A stretch of 63,998 nucleotides of DNA, filler included, from Stramenopiles sp. TOSAG23-6 (GCA_900128565.1; 24 parts of 24 records of this genome joined end to end with filler, not necessarily neighbours in it), one strand, 5' to 3'; positions 37,547 through 52,116 are shown, counted from the whole stretch's first letter. The notes: generated from the sequence alone by a model not told the origin. Numbers and translations: made by a program.

Positions 37547-38811
37547 ATTACATCACACTGTTCTTCATAATTGACGATTTGATTTTTTAAATTTTCAATC
37601 TGAATATACCGTTGTTCAACATTTACCCGAATATGATCAAGAAATCGTCGTGTCTGATTAAAGATTGTCCCATCTTCTTCATGACTAGCTACCACATCGC
37701 CCCCACGTTTTTTATAAATATCGACGCATAATGACACAAAATCATTGAAGAGCATATATCTACTTGTCCCATCACCTAAAGGTTGAGTGTATTTACGTAC
37801 GACACTAGCATCTACAGGCATATTTAATATATCTAATATATTCTGAATCTCGAGAACTTCTAATTTTCCTGAGTTATCAATATCTGCAGTAGTAAATAAA
37901 TGCATTAATTCCTTGACTGTAACGTGAAAGAACCCATTTGCTTGCTCGTTATAAATCCGATTCAAAATTCTTAAAACCGTAGCTATATCTAGAGTATCAG
38001 TGTTCTGATAGCGAACTAGTTCTATAATTCTTGAGCGAAGGACATCTGGCAAGTCTAAGGAAACACTTTCTAACAGTTCTATTATAGCCGTGGAAGGAAT
38101 CAAAACCTCAGATTCTAAATTCATGTCTGACTTTTTTTTGTATCTTTTGGCACATAGTATAAAATTCGATTTAATCGAAGTGATTACTTCTGTTGAAATA
38201 TATTGGTGTAGTGGATTTGATTGAATCACAGAGTCTCGACCAAGAGGGTCGAAGTTGCGTGTTGCTATTGTTTTAGTACCAAGAGCAGAATATAAGTGAT
38301 GACCTGAGTGTAGCGTTTCCGGCATTTTTCTAGATTTTGGAGGTTTAATTTTTATTGAACCTCTATGAATAGCAGAACTAGAAGCAAATGCCGCTAGCGC
38401 TTTTATTCCTCCGTCAGCGGTACTTTTATTCCCAGTTATTTTGACAGAATCAAAACCACCACCCGTAGAACTAGCAAATTCATTAGGATAAGAAATGTCT
38501 ACGTCACAACCGACACACTCATACAACGGCCCCGCATCTTTCCCCGATTTTCTCTCTTTCACCTTGAGTTTACAATATTTTGTATCGGCATATGCTATAA
38601 TTACTTTGAATCGTGTATCACTTATCATTTTATATAGTTTCGGCTCCCACGTCGTTCTCGTAGGTGGCCATGGAAATTCAGCTGAAATATTTTTGGATAG
38701 TAGGATATCTTTACTTCCAACATCCGAAGTTATTCCAGAAACAGCCTTGAATAATTTCGATGTATGTGGTAATCTAAACCATTCCTTTGCCTCTTTTATT
38801 AAAGCAGGCAT
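37547..38811 (-). CDS. EF-hand-containing protein, 5' part
   Basis: LFTTADIDNSGKLEVLEI; donor AT|GTATG at 37546. Confidence 0.7.
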
Positions 38812-39153
38812 GGATAAGTCGAAGAATGATATCTCTGCCAATATTGAATATTGAATATATTGCTTTGCTTTTTTTGAGAATATCGATATAAAAAAGTAAC
38901 TGTGACCCCGAAAAATTACGAGCGTTAGAAAATAAACGTACCATATAATAAGGTGCTATATTTTTTAATAATTTTTATCGTTCTTTTATTTTGGAAAATT
39001 ATACAAACATTACCCTAAATTATACATGGTATTAAAGATCTGTATGATCGCTACCACTTACTGAATCACCGTTAAGTCTCCAATTATTTGAATGTTTGTA
39101 ATATAAAAACATGGAAATAAAAAGTACAAAGAAGAATCCAGCAAATACAAAAC

Positions 39154-40061
39154 TTAAACATTTTCTGTTTTTTTTTTTGTTTCTGTACTTAGTGTTTCTT
39201 CTTTTAATTTACTTCCATCAGTTTTATTGGCGGAATCTTCCTCATGAGTATTTTCATATGGACTTTCATCCTGAATTACACGAAATACTTTAAGTCCCGT
39301 TTCCCTCATGACACGCAGTGCATCAATTGATGATTTTAATATTTCCTTCTCAAGCAATAACATTTTCCTCCTCGAGACTTCCGGGGAAAGATTGTTCTCT
39401 TTCAATGTTTCAACTCTGGTTGACGGTTCTTGTTTCCCTATTGTTTCAGCAATTGATGAGATGGTGTGTATGTACGTTGCCTCCACAACACTCTTTCTTA
39501 TATCATCTTTAATGTAAATCGTCTCATCATTTTTACCTCTATCCATTCTAAGAGAACTGCTACTACTACTTTGATTCCAATAACTTCTTCTATATTCTTC
39601 TAATTGTTCCCCAGACTCTTTTACAACCGTTTTTTTCATAGGCAGCAAAACAGCATCATCTTGATTATTCACTCCATTTGCTGCAAGAGGTGTTTGAGGA
39701 GTTGGAGACCTGCCTTGAAAAACGTATTGATTAGATCCAGAATCATGAGAATCTTCTAATGAAGATGAATTTTGTATCAACTCCTCTTCAACTGCCAAAT
39801 TATCCAATACATTTTGTACTTTACCCGATCCTAAATTATTTTCTTCTTGCAATGCTAAATTATCTAATGCATTTCCATCTAATTTATTCGAATCTAAAGA
39901 AACATTTTCTTCTTGCAAAGCTAGATTATCCAATAAGTTACCTTCTAAAGAACTCTGTCTTATCAAAGAAGAATTATTTTCTTCTTGCAATGCTAAATTA
40001 TCTAATGCATTTCCATCTAATTTATTCGAATCTAAAGAAACATTTTCTTCTTGCAAAGCTA
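39154..40061 (-). CDS. C-terminal part of a low-complexity repeat protein, probably the continuation of the gene at 62764
   Basis: LQEENVSLDSNKLDGNALDNLA repeats are shared with the end of the window. Confidence 0.65.
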
Positions 40062-40161
40062 NNNNNNNNNNNNNNNNNNNNNNNNNNNNNNNNNNNNNNN
40101 NNNNNTTAATTAATTAANNNNNNNNNNNNNNNNNNNNNNNNNNNNNNNNNNNNNNNNNNNN

Positions 40162-40553
40162 ATTTAGTTCACGCGATGGATCACTTGTGTGATAGTTTCT
40201 CCGTCGAAATGAAAGAAAGTTTGAAGCAGGCGCGGAAAAAGAAACGCCGACGAAACGGTTCGCTTGATTTTAAAGTAGACTTGGGGGGGTGGGGCTTAGA
40301 CTTTGAAAGGATGGGAAAATACTCCTGGGTTGCAAAAGAGCTGTTCCTAATTCTGTTTGCCCCTATCTTTTGGGCTCTGCTGACGAACTTTGGGCGATTA
40401 TGGCGTTATGTTGATGATAAATACTATCACAAAGCAGCAAGGGATTGGCGCAGAGACCGGAAAAAAAGCAGCGGATTTGCATTGGGAACTGACCCACGAG
40501 ATGGAATTTTTGGATTATCATTTAGGAAGAAAGAACGACGCTCCCTAAGATGA
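40162..40553 (+). CDS. Hypothetical protein with one TM helix
   Basis: ORF only. Confidence 0.4.
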
Positions 40554-41226
40554 CACGGGCGATGGAATAGAGTTAACCGAAAGGACTGGCTTCCAGTACA
40601 AAGTCGGCGACCGTGTTAGTGCGACCACCCCTTCCTTTGAAACTAGACAAATAGGATTCATCACCAAGCTGGTTGAAAATCGTGCCGTTCCTACGTATGA
40701 AGTAACTTTCGACGACGATAATGTGGAAACGATAGAAGAAAGTAGTGTGCATCTTCTCGGAGACAACCGCAAGAAATTGGAGATGAAGACAGACGACGAT
40801 AATGTGGAAACGGTAGAAGAAAGCAGTGTGCATCTTATCGGAGACAACCGCAAGAAATTAGAGATGAACACAAACGACGAAGACAGCGTGGGCAATGTTG
40901 AAGAAGAGAAAGTTTACGAAGTGCACGATGTTGACTTGATTCTCGAGGACGTGGACCACACGAATTTTTCAGAAAAAGTCGACAGAAAAGCCGTGGAACA
41001 CCCACCTGGATCCGAGTTGGGTCCGAGAACCAGCGAATCTCACGGTGTGAATGAAGTGCACCACAAGTGGGGCAGTGTGTGGAATGGAAAGAATGGCATC
41101 ATGGAAACGATATCAAGCGAAATAGAAAAAGCGTCCGGTAGTGCCAACAATGGCGTTATCAAAGGTAGCAAAAAAGCACCTCAGCGAGTAGAGTATAATT
41201 CAGATTATATCGACGATGACTATTGA
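40550..41226 (+). CDS. Acidic protein with tandem DDDNVETxEESSVHLxGDNRKKLEM repeats, possibly Tudor-like
   Basis: ORF with 81-nt direct repeat; YKVGDRV motif upstream in frame. Confidence 0.5.
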
Positions 41227-41503
41227 AATTGTACGGCACATTTTATAAAAAAACAAACTTTAAAAAGTAAAAAGTAAAATTAGGGTTGGATTTGAAGTAG
41301 TATTTGATTTAAAATGAGAGTCTTAAAACATACTATATATTTTGGTTTTTAAAAAGAGAGTTCTTTTTAAAAATGAAGAAAAACATAATATTACCTAAAT
41401 AACAGCCAATTTTCTTGTTTTAAACAAAAGAAAAAAAACCTAATTCAGTTATCCCTTCTAAAAAAACAAAAATCACTCAAAAATACGCGCGCACTCTATT
41501 TTT

Positions 41504-42348
41504 TTATTCGTAACGTTTCTTTTTTCTCTGCTGTCTGGCCATTTGCAAATAGTTTAGTTTCTTCTCAGCTTTTTCCGGGGATTTTTCTTTTTTCTTCATT
41601 CCTTTGAAGGGCAACGTTTTCTTTAGGTTATCAAACCATGCCTTCTCATCGTCGTTGAAATCATCATACATTCCCTGAATTTCGTCTCTAATGTCAGGAA
41701 AATCTTTGGCCTTAATTGCTTTGATTCGTGCTATTTTAATTGCCTCCAATTCCTTCCGCAATTTCCACCCACGATAATAAGCTTGCAGTTTAGTCGCCAT
41801 CCACAGCATTAACAGCGCTTTTCGTTTTCTTTCATTCTTAGTGTACTCTTCCCATCTTTCAAAATAATATTCGGTGTTTACTAGCATTATTTTGGCCAGC
41901 AAAATTCCTGGCCCTACCTTCATCATTGCTTCTTGAAAGTCGATCGCTTTTTCTTCGTGCTCGACAGATCTGTGCCGGATCTCTCTTATTGAAGACGTCC
42001 CTGGTACATACTTTGCATCTTCGTCCACGTGCGACGTCCATGTGACCAGGGCCTACTGTCTACCGACGCCAACTCATACGCTTCGTCCTCTACGAAGTCC
42101 GCTTGCAAGGGCCGCACCCATGAGCTTCTGTGGGTCTCTACATTGTAGTAAAAGACCCGCCCTTGTTTGAACAAACTTTTGATCGCAATCCACCCTTTCG
42201 GCAATCTATATCGCCCATCGTTCGTTTTTTCCGGGATGCCTTTTCCTATTTCTACAATTTTGTCATACCTGATACCACCCGATCGAACGCCCGGGATTGG
42301 GAAAAGAAATGGCTGCTTATTCGGCGCCCGACGACCTCTCTCGTCCAT
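41504..42348 (-). CDS. WW + IQ motif protein, split by an apparent frameshift near 42040
   Basis: LPKGW..FYYNVETHRSSWVRP in one frame; ATKLQAYYRGWKLRK in another. Confidence 0.6.
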
Positions 42349-42942
42349 GGTTAAAAAAAATCAAGAAAACGTTGGTCTAATCACCTCCCTGTGCAATGTT
42401 TTGAAGATGTGCACATTCAAAAGAGGCCTTCCTTCAACCATTTCCAGAAATTGATTTTTATAAGTATTTTTATAAGAATCTATCTATATAGAAACAAATA
42501 TCTTTCGGAATAGAAAACGTATGAGGGTAACGAAAATTTCAAACATTCTTCCATTATTATATTCACATATTATTTATATTATATATATTCATCATCAATT
42601 TTTTCATCAACGCACGACGACACCTGCTGTACTTTTCTTCATGCTATCTCTATATATGTATGTAATACGCCGAGGTTCTTCTTTTTGATATTTCTTTTTT
42701 ATTCTCTTCTTATTACACATTTTATTANNNNNNNNNNNNNNNNNNNNNNNNNNNNNNNNNNNNNNNNNNNNTTAATTAATTAANNNNNNNNNNNNNNNNN
42801 NNNNNNNNNNNNNNNNNNNNNNNNNNNACCAAAAAATTAAAAAAAAAAAAAAAAAAAAAAAATTAAATCCCAAAAAATCAAAAAAAAAAATTAAAAAAAA
42901 AAAAAAAAAAATAAAACTCACAAAAACACAAAAAAAAAATAA

Positions 42943-43416
<474 letters not shown>

Positions 43417-43719
43417 TAGATGAGTGAGTAAGAGTCTCTAGCTAGGGTTAGGTTTTTTTTAATAATAGATGAGTGAGTAAGAGTCTCTAGCTAGGGTTAG
43501 GGTTTTTTTGTACATTTCGTAACAAATTTTTCATATTTAAGTTTGAGATAAAAAAAGTACAAAACAATTGTATTGAAAAATCAATTTTTGTGTTTTATAT
43601 TTCAGTTAAATTTTGAAAAAAGCAAAGTAAAACAGTATGATTTTGTATGTTTTTTATGTTTTTTATGTTTGGTACGAAATTTTATACTTAAAAAAAAAAA
43701 AATCAAATTTTGTTGAATT

Positions 43720-45325
43720 TTAGAACATTTTGTTTTTTTTAGCTATTAGTTGGTGCTGTCTAGCAACAATTTTTGCGTGAGTTAATTCTAATATATATAT
43801 ATTTTTCTGATTTTCATGTATTTCAAGTTGATTTCTTAATTTATTTTCCATTTCATCCATTTTATTATATTTCTGATTTTCATGTATTTCAAGTTGATTT
43901 TTGAAATGTATTAATTTATTTTCCATTTCATCCATTTTATTATTTTTAGTAGAAATTAATTTTGCATTTGTTTCATTTAATAAATTAATTTCATTATTAT
44001 ACTGTTTGCTTTTTTCAGTATATTTTGTTTTCAAACTAATTATTTCATCATTTTTATGATTATATTTATTTTTTTCTTTTTCGTGTTCTTCCAATTTTTT
44101 ATTATATTTATTTTTTTCTTTTTCGTGTTCTTCCAATTTTTTATTATATTCATGTTGTTCAATTATATTATTGTTCTTCAATAATTCAAACTCTTCAAGT
44201 AGTTGAATGATTCGTGATTCATTCATATTTGAATTTTCCAAAATTTCATTATNTTTTCTTTCATATTCCTGTTCTACATTTGTCATGACGTCACATTTAT
44301 TACACTCAAATTCAAGTTTTTCCAAAATTTCATTATTTTTTGTTTTTTGTATTGAGATTTCATCCAAGAGAATTTTCGACTTCGTATTTGAGTTTTCTAA
44401 TTTCGATTCAATATTTAAAAGTAATATTTTGGATGTTTCTCCTTCCGCTGTTATTTTCTCTAATTTTTTCTGCATTTCATTTTCACTACTTTCTTGTTTT
44501 TGTAGAGATATTTCGTGATTTTGTAGAGCAATTTCGTATTTTTGTACGTTGAGTGTAGATGAATTCAGTTTTTCTATATGAGAATTTAATTGAGTTGATA
44601 CATTTTTATATGCTTTGATAGATGAATTATATTGTTGTGTTATTTCAAAATGTTTTTTTTCTGAGAGTTTGTGTTGAGTATGTAATTGTTCTATTTTATT
44701 AATATAGATTTCGTGTTGATTTTGATGTTTTTTTTCTAAACATTTTTGTTGAGTATGTAATTGTTTTATTTTATTCGTATAGATTTCGTGTTGATTTTGA
44801 AGCGCAGCTTTAACATCAATTTCATGTATTTCGTGTTGATTTTGAAGCGCAGCTTTAACATCAATTTCATGTTTTTTTGTTACATTTTGTAATTTTTCAT
44901 TGAATTGATCCAGCTTTTTCAAATGTTGCGTATGCTGTACCACTTTATTCATGTATTTGTTTTGTAATTTCTTAATTTCAATATTTAAGTTTTGATTACT
45001 TGATAAACATTTTTTAAACTTTTTTTGTACTGTTTGAATTTCAATATTTAAGTTTTGATTACTTGATAAACATTTTTTATGTTTGTTTTGTAATGTTTCA
45101 ATTTCAATATTGAGAGTTTCATGTTTTTTTTGTAGGTTTTTTTGATGTACCATATGATGTTTTATTTCATGGATTTCGTGTTGTAATTCTGTATTTTTTA
45201 GATGAACTTGAATAGATTTCTGCCATGCGGTACGTAGTTGTTTATTCTCAGATTGTAGTTGGAGATATTTCGTGTTATTCTTCGTAAAACCTTTATCATT
45301 TTTAGTAGGAAAAATTGCACTTGAT
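43720..45325 (-). CDS. Long coiled-coil low-complexity protein
   Basis: K/N/E/Q-rich ORF with internal repeats. Confidence 0.6.
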
Positions 45326-45506
45326 TCTTTTTTTTTTTTTTTTTTTTTTTNGGNAANTTTNTTACCTAACGAATTTTTTTTTGAAATTTTTTNNNNNNNN
45401 NNNNNNNNNNNNNNNNNNNNNNNNNNNNNNNNNNNNTTAATTAATTAANNNNNNNNNNNNNNNNNNNNNNNNNNNNNNNNNNNNNNNNNNNNGAAATAAT
45501 TAAGGT

Positions 45507-46976
45507 ATGTTTTGCACTTTTCTTCTAGCATCCTTGTATATTTTTACAACTTCGTTTGCGGCGATACTGCCTTATGGAAATGATCGACAATTGGCCCTTG
45601 AAAAACTCGAAAGGAATGGTTTAGCGTTGGAATTTCTTCCAGAATATCAAGGCGACGTTTATCTTGTAGATGCTGCCGTATTTCAGAATCCTGATGCTAT
45701 CCAATTTGCTTCTTCACTTGTAAAAGAGCAATATAAATTACGAGATGAAGAGCAAAGGGCTACATTTAAAAAAAATGCTGAACAAAGAGAGCAAAAGGAG
45801 AAAGCTTTAAAAAGGGAAAGTCGCCTATTGGCATTTGAAAAGGGTGCGATGTCGTTTGAAGACCTCAAAGAAGAGGAAAAAAATGATCCAGAATTTCTAC
45901 TTGCTGCAGTGAAAATCGGACAATTTCATTCAGATGCATTGCCAGACAAATATAAGAGCGATGTAAATTTGGCGAAACCTTTCGTTCACCAAAATTTCAA
46001 ATTTCTCGAGAAATGTGCAATGTCTATTAAAAATGACAAGAACGTTGTGTTAGAGGCGTGTAGGATGAGTCAATTAAAAAAGATGCAGGGTGGAAATGGT
46101 AGTTTTAAGGCATTTAAGTATGCTAGTCTTGACTTAAGAAATGATGAAGATACAGTAACTGAAGCAATAAGAATTGATTTTCGAACTTTTCAATTTGCTT
46201 CAGATAAACTCAAATCAAACTTAGATGTAATGGTGCGTCTATATCAAGTTGAACCTCGCGTCTTAAAATTCTGTCATAACTCAAAAGTACTTCTGTATTT
46301 TATACAAAAAGTAGGTTATCAAGTGTTTGAGCTTGGTAGTAGAGATTTAAGAAATAATGAAAATATAGTAACTGAAGCAATAAGAATTGATTATCGAACT
46401 TTTCAATTTGCTCCAAAGAAATTCAAATCGAGCATAGATGTGATGATGCGTCTATATCAAGTTGAACCTCGCATATTAAATTTCTATGACAACCCAAAAT
46501 ATATTCTTCACCTTATTACAAAAAACGGCTACAAGGCATTTGAATATGCAAGTCGTGATTTGAAAGAAGATGAAGATACTGTAACTAAAGCAATGAGAAT
46601 TGATTTTCGAACTTTTCAATTTGCTTCAGAGAAACTTAAATGGAACATAGATGTGATGATGCGTCTATATCAAGTTGAGCGTCGCATACTAAAATTCTGT
46701 CATAACTCAAAAGTTCTTCTGTATTTTGTACAAAAAGAGGGTTATCAAGAGTTTGCGATTGGTAATTTAGGGTTAAGAAATGATGAAAATACAGTTACTA
46801 AAGCAATAAGAATTGATTATCGAACTTTTCAATTTGCTTCAAAGAAACTCAAATTAAATACAGATGTCGTGATGCGTCTCTATCAAGTTGAGCCTCGGAT
46901 ATTACAGTTTGTACATAATGCGATAGTGTTTNCCCCNGAATTTTTTTTNTGCANATTNTTGCGAAGGAGGGCTTGA
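45507..46976 (+). CDS. DUF4116-like repeat protein with signal peptide
   Basis: Repeats LRNDEDTVTEAIRIDFRTFQFASxKLK..VMMRLYQVEPR. Confidence 0.75.
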   Translation: MFCTFLLASLYIFTTSFAAILPYGNDRQLALEKLERNGLALEFLPEYQGDVYLVDAAVFQNPDAIQFASSLVKEQYKLRDEEQRATFKKNAEQREQKEKALKRESRLLAFEKGAMSFEDLKEEEKNDPEFLLAAVKIGQFHSDALPDKYKSDVNLAKPFVHQNFKFLEKCAMSIKNDKNVVLEACRMSQLKKMQGGNGSFKAFKYASLDLRNDEDTVTEAIRIDFRTFQFASDKLKSNLDVMVRLYQVEPRVLKFCHNSKVLLYFIQKVGYQVFELGSRDLRNNENIVTEAIRIDYRTFQFAPKKFKSSIDVMMRLYQVEPRILNFYDNPKYILHLITKNGYKAFEYASRDLKEDEDTVTKAMRIDFRTFQFASEKLKWNIDVMMRLYQVERRILKFCHNSKVLLYFVQKEGYQEFAIGNLGLRNDENTVTKAIRIDYRTFQFASKKLKLNTDVVMRLYQVEPRILQFVHNAIVFXXEFFXCXXLRRRA

Positions 46977-47611
46977 TAGACATTTTCAAGTCAAGCGAAG
47001 TAATTTGGATAAAATTATTTAAAGATCAAAACTTTTCCTCCTCAGATCAAAGAAAAGCTGAAATTGTGCTCTATTTGATGAATCAAATCAAATACGATAG
47101 AAGTTTCCTTCCAAATCCTCTTTCAACAGAAATGTGGCGTCTTGTCATGTTTGCGAACTTTATGATTGATCTTTTAAAGCCTGTACCAACGGATCCCCGT
47201 GTTCCGGAAAAAGCTGTTGCGAAAGAAATGCCCCTAAATAAGAAAAGAAATAGTATTACACAGGATTCTTCTGTTCAACGTGCTGAGGAAGATTCTGAAG
47301 CAGTGTCAAAGAAAAGAAAGGTGGAACACTTGACGGGACAGATAATGGATTCTTTTGAAATGAAGTCTCTTATTCGACGTGCTACGGAAGATGCTGTCGA
47401 AAAAANAANGCAAAANTATCAAAAAAAAAANGCTANTGNATNCTTTTGAAATGGAGTCTCTTCTTTGACGTGTTACAGAAGATGCTGTCGAAAAAAAAAT
47501 GCAAAAGTATAAAAATCACTGTGTGTAGTATAAAAACATATCAATCATATATCCTTCATAATCTTTATTCTTGAAATTATTAAGTGTTATATCTTTCACC
47601 ATTAAAGTCTG

Positions 47612-48055
47612 TTAAAAAGGCCTTGATGTTGAAGGGTCATTTCCTGTATTGTAACGTAGAAAATGACTTGCATCTCCACGAGAAAGTGCATTATTCACAT
47701 TACCATTATATTGCTGGTATGGAAATTGAACATTTTGCTGCGACACAAATTGATGACTGTTATTAGGTGTATTCGGCATTACTCTTGATTGTGGTGGCAT
47801 ATACGGCGGTGCAAAAGAATTATTATATTGCATGTTTGGTAGATTTGACACATGTGGTGGTCTGTACTGTTGATGGGAGAAGCGACTATTAGTCATTTGG
47901 TGGTGAATTGCTTGAAAATTACCCTGTCTAAATGAACGAGGATTCATATTCTGATTCATATTTTGATGCATATTCTGATTCATATTCTGATTCATATTCT
48001 GATTCATATTCTGATTCATATTTTGATGCATATTCTGATTCATATTCTGATTCAT
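47612..48055 (-). CDS. C-terminus of a protein with NQNM repeats (prion-like/low complexity)
   Basis: 12-nt tandem repeat encoding MNQN. Confidence 0.55.
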   Translation of the reverse strand: MNQNMNQNMHQNMNQNMNQNMNQNMNQNMHQNMNQNMNPRSFRQGNFQAIHHQMTNSRFSHQQYRPPHVSNLPNMQYNNSFAPPYMPPQSRVMPNTPNNSHQFVSQQNVQFPYQQYNGNVNNALSRGDASHFLRYNTGNDPSTSRPF

Positions 48056-48155
48056 NNNNNNNNNNNNNNNNNNNNNNNNNNNNNNNNNNNNNNNNNNNNT
48101 TAATTAATTAANNNNNNNNNNNNNNNNNNNNNNNNNNNNNNNNNNNNNNNNNNNN

Positions 48156-50717
48156 TTCTTCTTGAATCATATTCATCATCTTCTCGACCTTTATTATAAG
48201 GATTTCGATCCCTTCTTCTTGACTCTTCCTCTTCTCGAATTTTATCATAAGGATTTCGATCCCTTCTTCTTGAATCGTAATCTTCTTCTTCTCGGCCTTT
48301 ATTATAAGGATTTCGGTCCCTTCTTCTTGGCTGTGACACCCTCTCATTCTCATGCACTTTATCATAAGGATTTCGATCCCTTCTTCTTGACTCTTCCTCT
48401 TCTCGAACTTTATCATAAGGATTTCGATCTCTTCTTCTTGTGTCATATTCTTCCTCTTGTTTATTATAAGGATTTCGATCTCTTGATCCAAAACGAGATT
48501 TCTTATTTGAATAGGGAGTTCGTTGATCATTAGAGTGAGTAGTACTTGAAGCAACTTCCATCGCAGCTATAGGAGCAGGATAGACTTTCGTACTCTTCAA
48601 TTTTTCGTCAGATAATTTTCCTTTATTTTGGTCCCTAATAGATTTTGCATATTCTTTGACCTCATGCAATTCTTTTTTCCTTTTACGTCTAATGTAATAA
48701 TCTTCCAAATAACATCGTATAGGATGATACATACATATTAACAATATCCCACTGAGGCACAATATAATAATATTCGTACAAAGAAGGAATTGCCCTAATT
48801 TATCATCGCTACTACTTAAAGCATCTCCAGATAGAAGTAAGTTGATATAGTATGTTAAAAAGAGCATAATTTCCAATATTAGCTGTAGAACATTATCTTC
48901 AGTCCGTTTAAATGGTTTTAAGCCTGTAAACAATGTTAAGAACGCTGCAGAGACAAATACTGCTACACCATCGCGTAAAATCCCCTTCTGAATTGCGGCT
49001 AACATACCTGTCATCATTGCCTTCCGTACCATTTCTACACATTCATACCACCACATCTGCTGGCGATAACCCAAAAATAATATTCCATAGGCTAAAGTTA
49101 CCTTTTGATGGGTGTTTCGCATTTCTTTATTTTCTGATATAACATCGTACATTTCTTTTGACATCGAATCTTCTGCAATAAGCCAATTTCTGTTTTTATA
49201 TAGAGTATAGAAACAGAATAAAGGAATTCCTATAACATATAAAACTGTAAAAATAGTGGCGGCCACCATCAATGTCTGGTATCTTTTCCCATCACACTCT
49301 ATACTAATATCAGCGCGAAGATACTCCTTTTCATTTAACTCAAAGCAGTTGAAACTACGGAAACATCTTACTGTTAAGCCAGGGTAGAGAAAGAACACGC
49401 AACCCCACATGATACGAGTCACATTCATTCTAGCACTAAGTAGAGTAAATCTCTGCCTACCAAAATGCCTTATTATCATATATACCGTAAAGTAAGCTAA
49501 AACTGACATACTAACCATAGCAGGTAGTAACGACATATGCGCGTAAAATGCCTCCACAAAGTCTGCAGAAAAGTTGCAAGGATAACACCACGCTGCAATC
49601 CTCAGTATATCACAATCAAAGAAAAAGAAAGAAGAGTATAATCTCTCAAATTCATGGGGGTATGCCCCCACAGCACCAGTAGCTCCTAATTGGCATATTA
49701 TTTGGATATAAGACATAACAATTCTGAAAGTTCCGAAAAGTTCTTCATTGTGTCGTTGTCTGACAGATTCCGAATGAGATTGCGTGCCTTTCGCTGACGT
49801 TGCCTCCAGGCGTTTACGATGTTTTCGCAATTTACGATCTAGAAGTGATTCGGGATTTTGCAACGCTTTTTTCCGGAGTTTGCTCATTGTAGCTTGTTGT
49901 CCAGAACGTTTGTAATTTCGCTTTTGCTCCTCATTTGCTATAGCAAAATCAAACATAAAATTTTCTTTTCGTTCATGAAGCTTTGATGCTCTTGCAATTT
50001 TATTTCTAATCTTTCGTCTCCTTTTTTCCATCATATCGCTAAATACCTTGTGGTCTGTTCTCAATGTCATGAGCATGAGAAAAATTACGTATGCAATAAG
50101 ACAAGTAAAGACCGCAAGTTGTAGTACATTCGAACTTTTTAAACGTTCCTTTTCCGAACAATCTGCACATTCCACATTTGACACTGGAATGATAAATGAA
50201 CGTGAACCTATTTCCCAATTGCTACCTTCTTCACAGCCAAATTTCCACTTTTCATGACACCGAGTTTCACACTCAGCATTAGTGGTATCTTTGTTTCCAG
50301 CACATGCAGCGACACATTTTTCATATTTTTTTTCTGAACAGCATGTTCCACACAAGGGACCTGTATGTCCTGCGGCACAATTTTGCCAAATACTTCCACC
50401 CTTACATATGTCTTTTGATCTTGAAGCAGGGACTATGTACTCTGTACATGCAATTGGGCCTTCTGTTGAAAATTTGTCTGGTGTTGCAAAAACTTGCCTA
50501 GGGACTTGCCAATAGCCTGGCGCAAGTGACATCTTTTTCTCGTTGTCACTCGTCACAAGTGCAATACCTTTTTTACAATGGTCAGGATCACCTGAAATTT
50601 CTGTAGCAGTTGCATCAGTCGGATCAATTGTAGTGCACAAGCCACACATTGTACCAATTGGGCAGAGAGAGCATTGAGTTTGAAGAGTGTCTCTCCCACT
50701 AAGCTTTTCAAGTGGAA
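48156..50717 (-). CDS. Large multi-pass membrane protein with Cys-rich ectodomain and RRRDRNPY tail repeats
   Basis: CAAGHTGPLCGTC, IVMSYIQI, YLRADISIEC, WWYECVEMVRK, KPF..DNVLQ; common protist 7-TM-like family. Confidence 0.8.
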
Positions 50718-50869
50718 NNNNNNNNNNNNNNNNNNNNNNNNNNNNNNNNNNNNNNNNNNNNTTAATTAATTAANNNNNNNNNNNNNNNNNNNNNNNNNNN
50801 NNNNNNNNNNNNNNNNNGGTATCGATGAACATATGATCGGATGATCTCAAAAATCTCAGAAGGGCTTAT

Positions 50870-51856
50870 CATTTTCCGGATCAGTTACTCACAAAGCGAG
50901 ACACATTGCTAAAGAGGATATACCGGAAACCTTTTGATATGTTAGAAGAATATACTATTGGTGCAGCTGACAAAATTCTAGTCAATTCAAAATATACGCA
51001 AACCGTGTTTAAGAAAACTTTCCCGGCACTTGATAAAAAACATATACATCCTACAATCTTGTATCCTGCAGTTAAAGTGAATGAATATAAAATCCCTCAA
51101 CGTTACACCGAAGTGAATAATAAGAAAATTCAACCTGTATTTTTAAGTATTAATAGATTTGAGAGGAAGAAAAATATTAGACTTGCTATTGACGCATTCA
51201 AAATATTTCGTGATTCTAGAAAAATGTTATATAAACGTTTATCTCCTCGTCTGGTCATTGCGGGTGGTTATGATGTTCGAGTTGCTGAAAATGTAAGTTA
51301 TTATAATGAGTTAGTCAAAATTGCAAAAAGTTATAACTTTACAGTGTCGGATGCAGAACAGAATATGAAATATAACTGTGCAGTGTTGGATACAGAACAA
51401 AATATGAAACAATCAGAAAACAATATTGCAGAAGTTCATTTTATTCGATCCTTTAGTGATGTTGAGAGGGAGAGATTATTAGAAAATTGTGTTGCTTTAC
51501 TTTATACACCTAAATTTGAACATTTTGGGATAGTCCCTTTAGAATGTATGTCACATTGCCGTCCAGTGATAGCATGTAATAGTGGTGGTCCGTTGGAGAC
51601 TATAATTCACAAGCGTACCGGGTACCTTTTGGGGGATGATCCAAAAGATTGGAGTGGTGCGCTCGAATTGGTATTATCTGGAACAATATCGTCAGATTTA
51701 GGAAAAGCAGGCTATGAGCACGTAAAGAAGAATTTTTCGTTTACTACATCAGCAAGTGCTTGGAGTCAATGTGTTCAAACTGTAGATCGAACAGTTTTAC
51801 CATCAAGTTTTACTTTAAAAATAAATGTAGCTAAATATTCTTTTTTAGAAAAATAA
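50870..51856 (+). CDS. ALG2: Alpha-1,3/1,6-mannosyltransferase ALG2, 5' truncated
   Basis: HFPDQLL, ILVNSKYT, LSINRFERKKNI, YTPKFEHFGIVPLE, NSGGPLET. Confidence 0.93.
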   Translation, partial: HFPDQLLTKRDTLLKRIYRKPFDMLEEYTIGAADKILVNSKYTQTVFKKTFPALDKKHIHPTILYPAVKVNEYKIPQRYTEVNNKKIQPVFLSINRFERKKNIRLAIDAFKIFRDSRKMLYKRLSPRLVIAGGYDVRVAENVSYYNELVKIAKSYNFTVSDAEQNMKYNCAVLDTEQNMKQSENNIAEVHFIRSFSDVERERLLENCVALLYTPKFEHFGIVPLECMSHCRPVIACNSGGPLETIIHKRTGYLLGDDPKDWSGALELVLSGTISSDLGKAGYEHVKKNFSFTTSASAWSQCVQTVDRTVLPSSFTLKINVAKYSFLEK

Positions 51857-52116
51857 ATATAGCTAAATATTCTTTTAGAAAAATAAATATGTCTGAATAT
51901 CTTTTTTAGAAAAATAAATATGTCTGAATATCTTTTTTAGAAAAATAAATATACTAGCTAAATATTCTTTTAGAAAAATAAATAGAAATATCTCTTGAAA
52001 TAAGAAAATGCGTATAAAACTTATTTAGAATAATCAACAATATTTTGTATAAAAAACAATCAAAATCAACAATATTTTGTATAAAAAACAAATAAAATAG
52101 TATATAATTTTTTTCT

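Noticed and set aside
41986-42060. Programmed frameshift between the WW and IQ ORFs
   Set aside because: No slippery site or structure seen; a single-base assembly error is simpler
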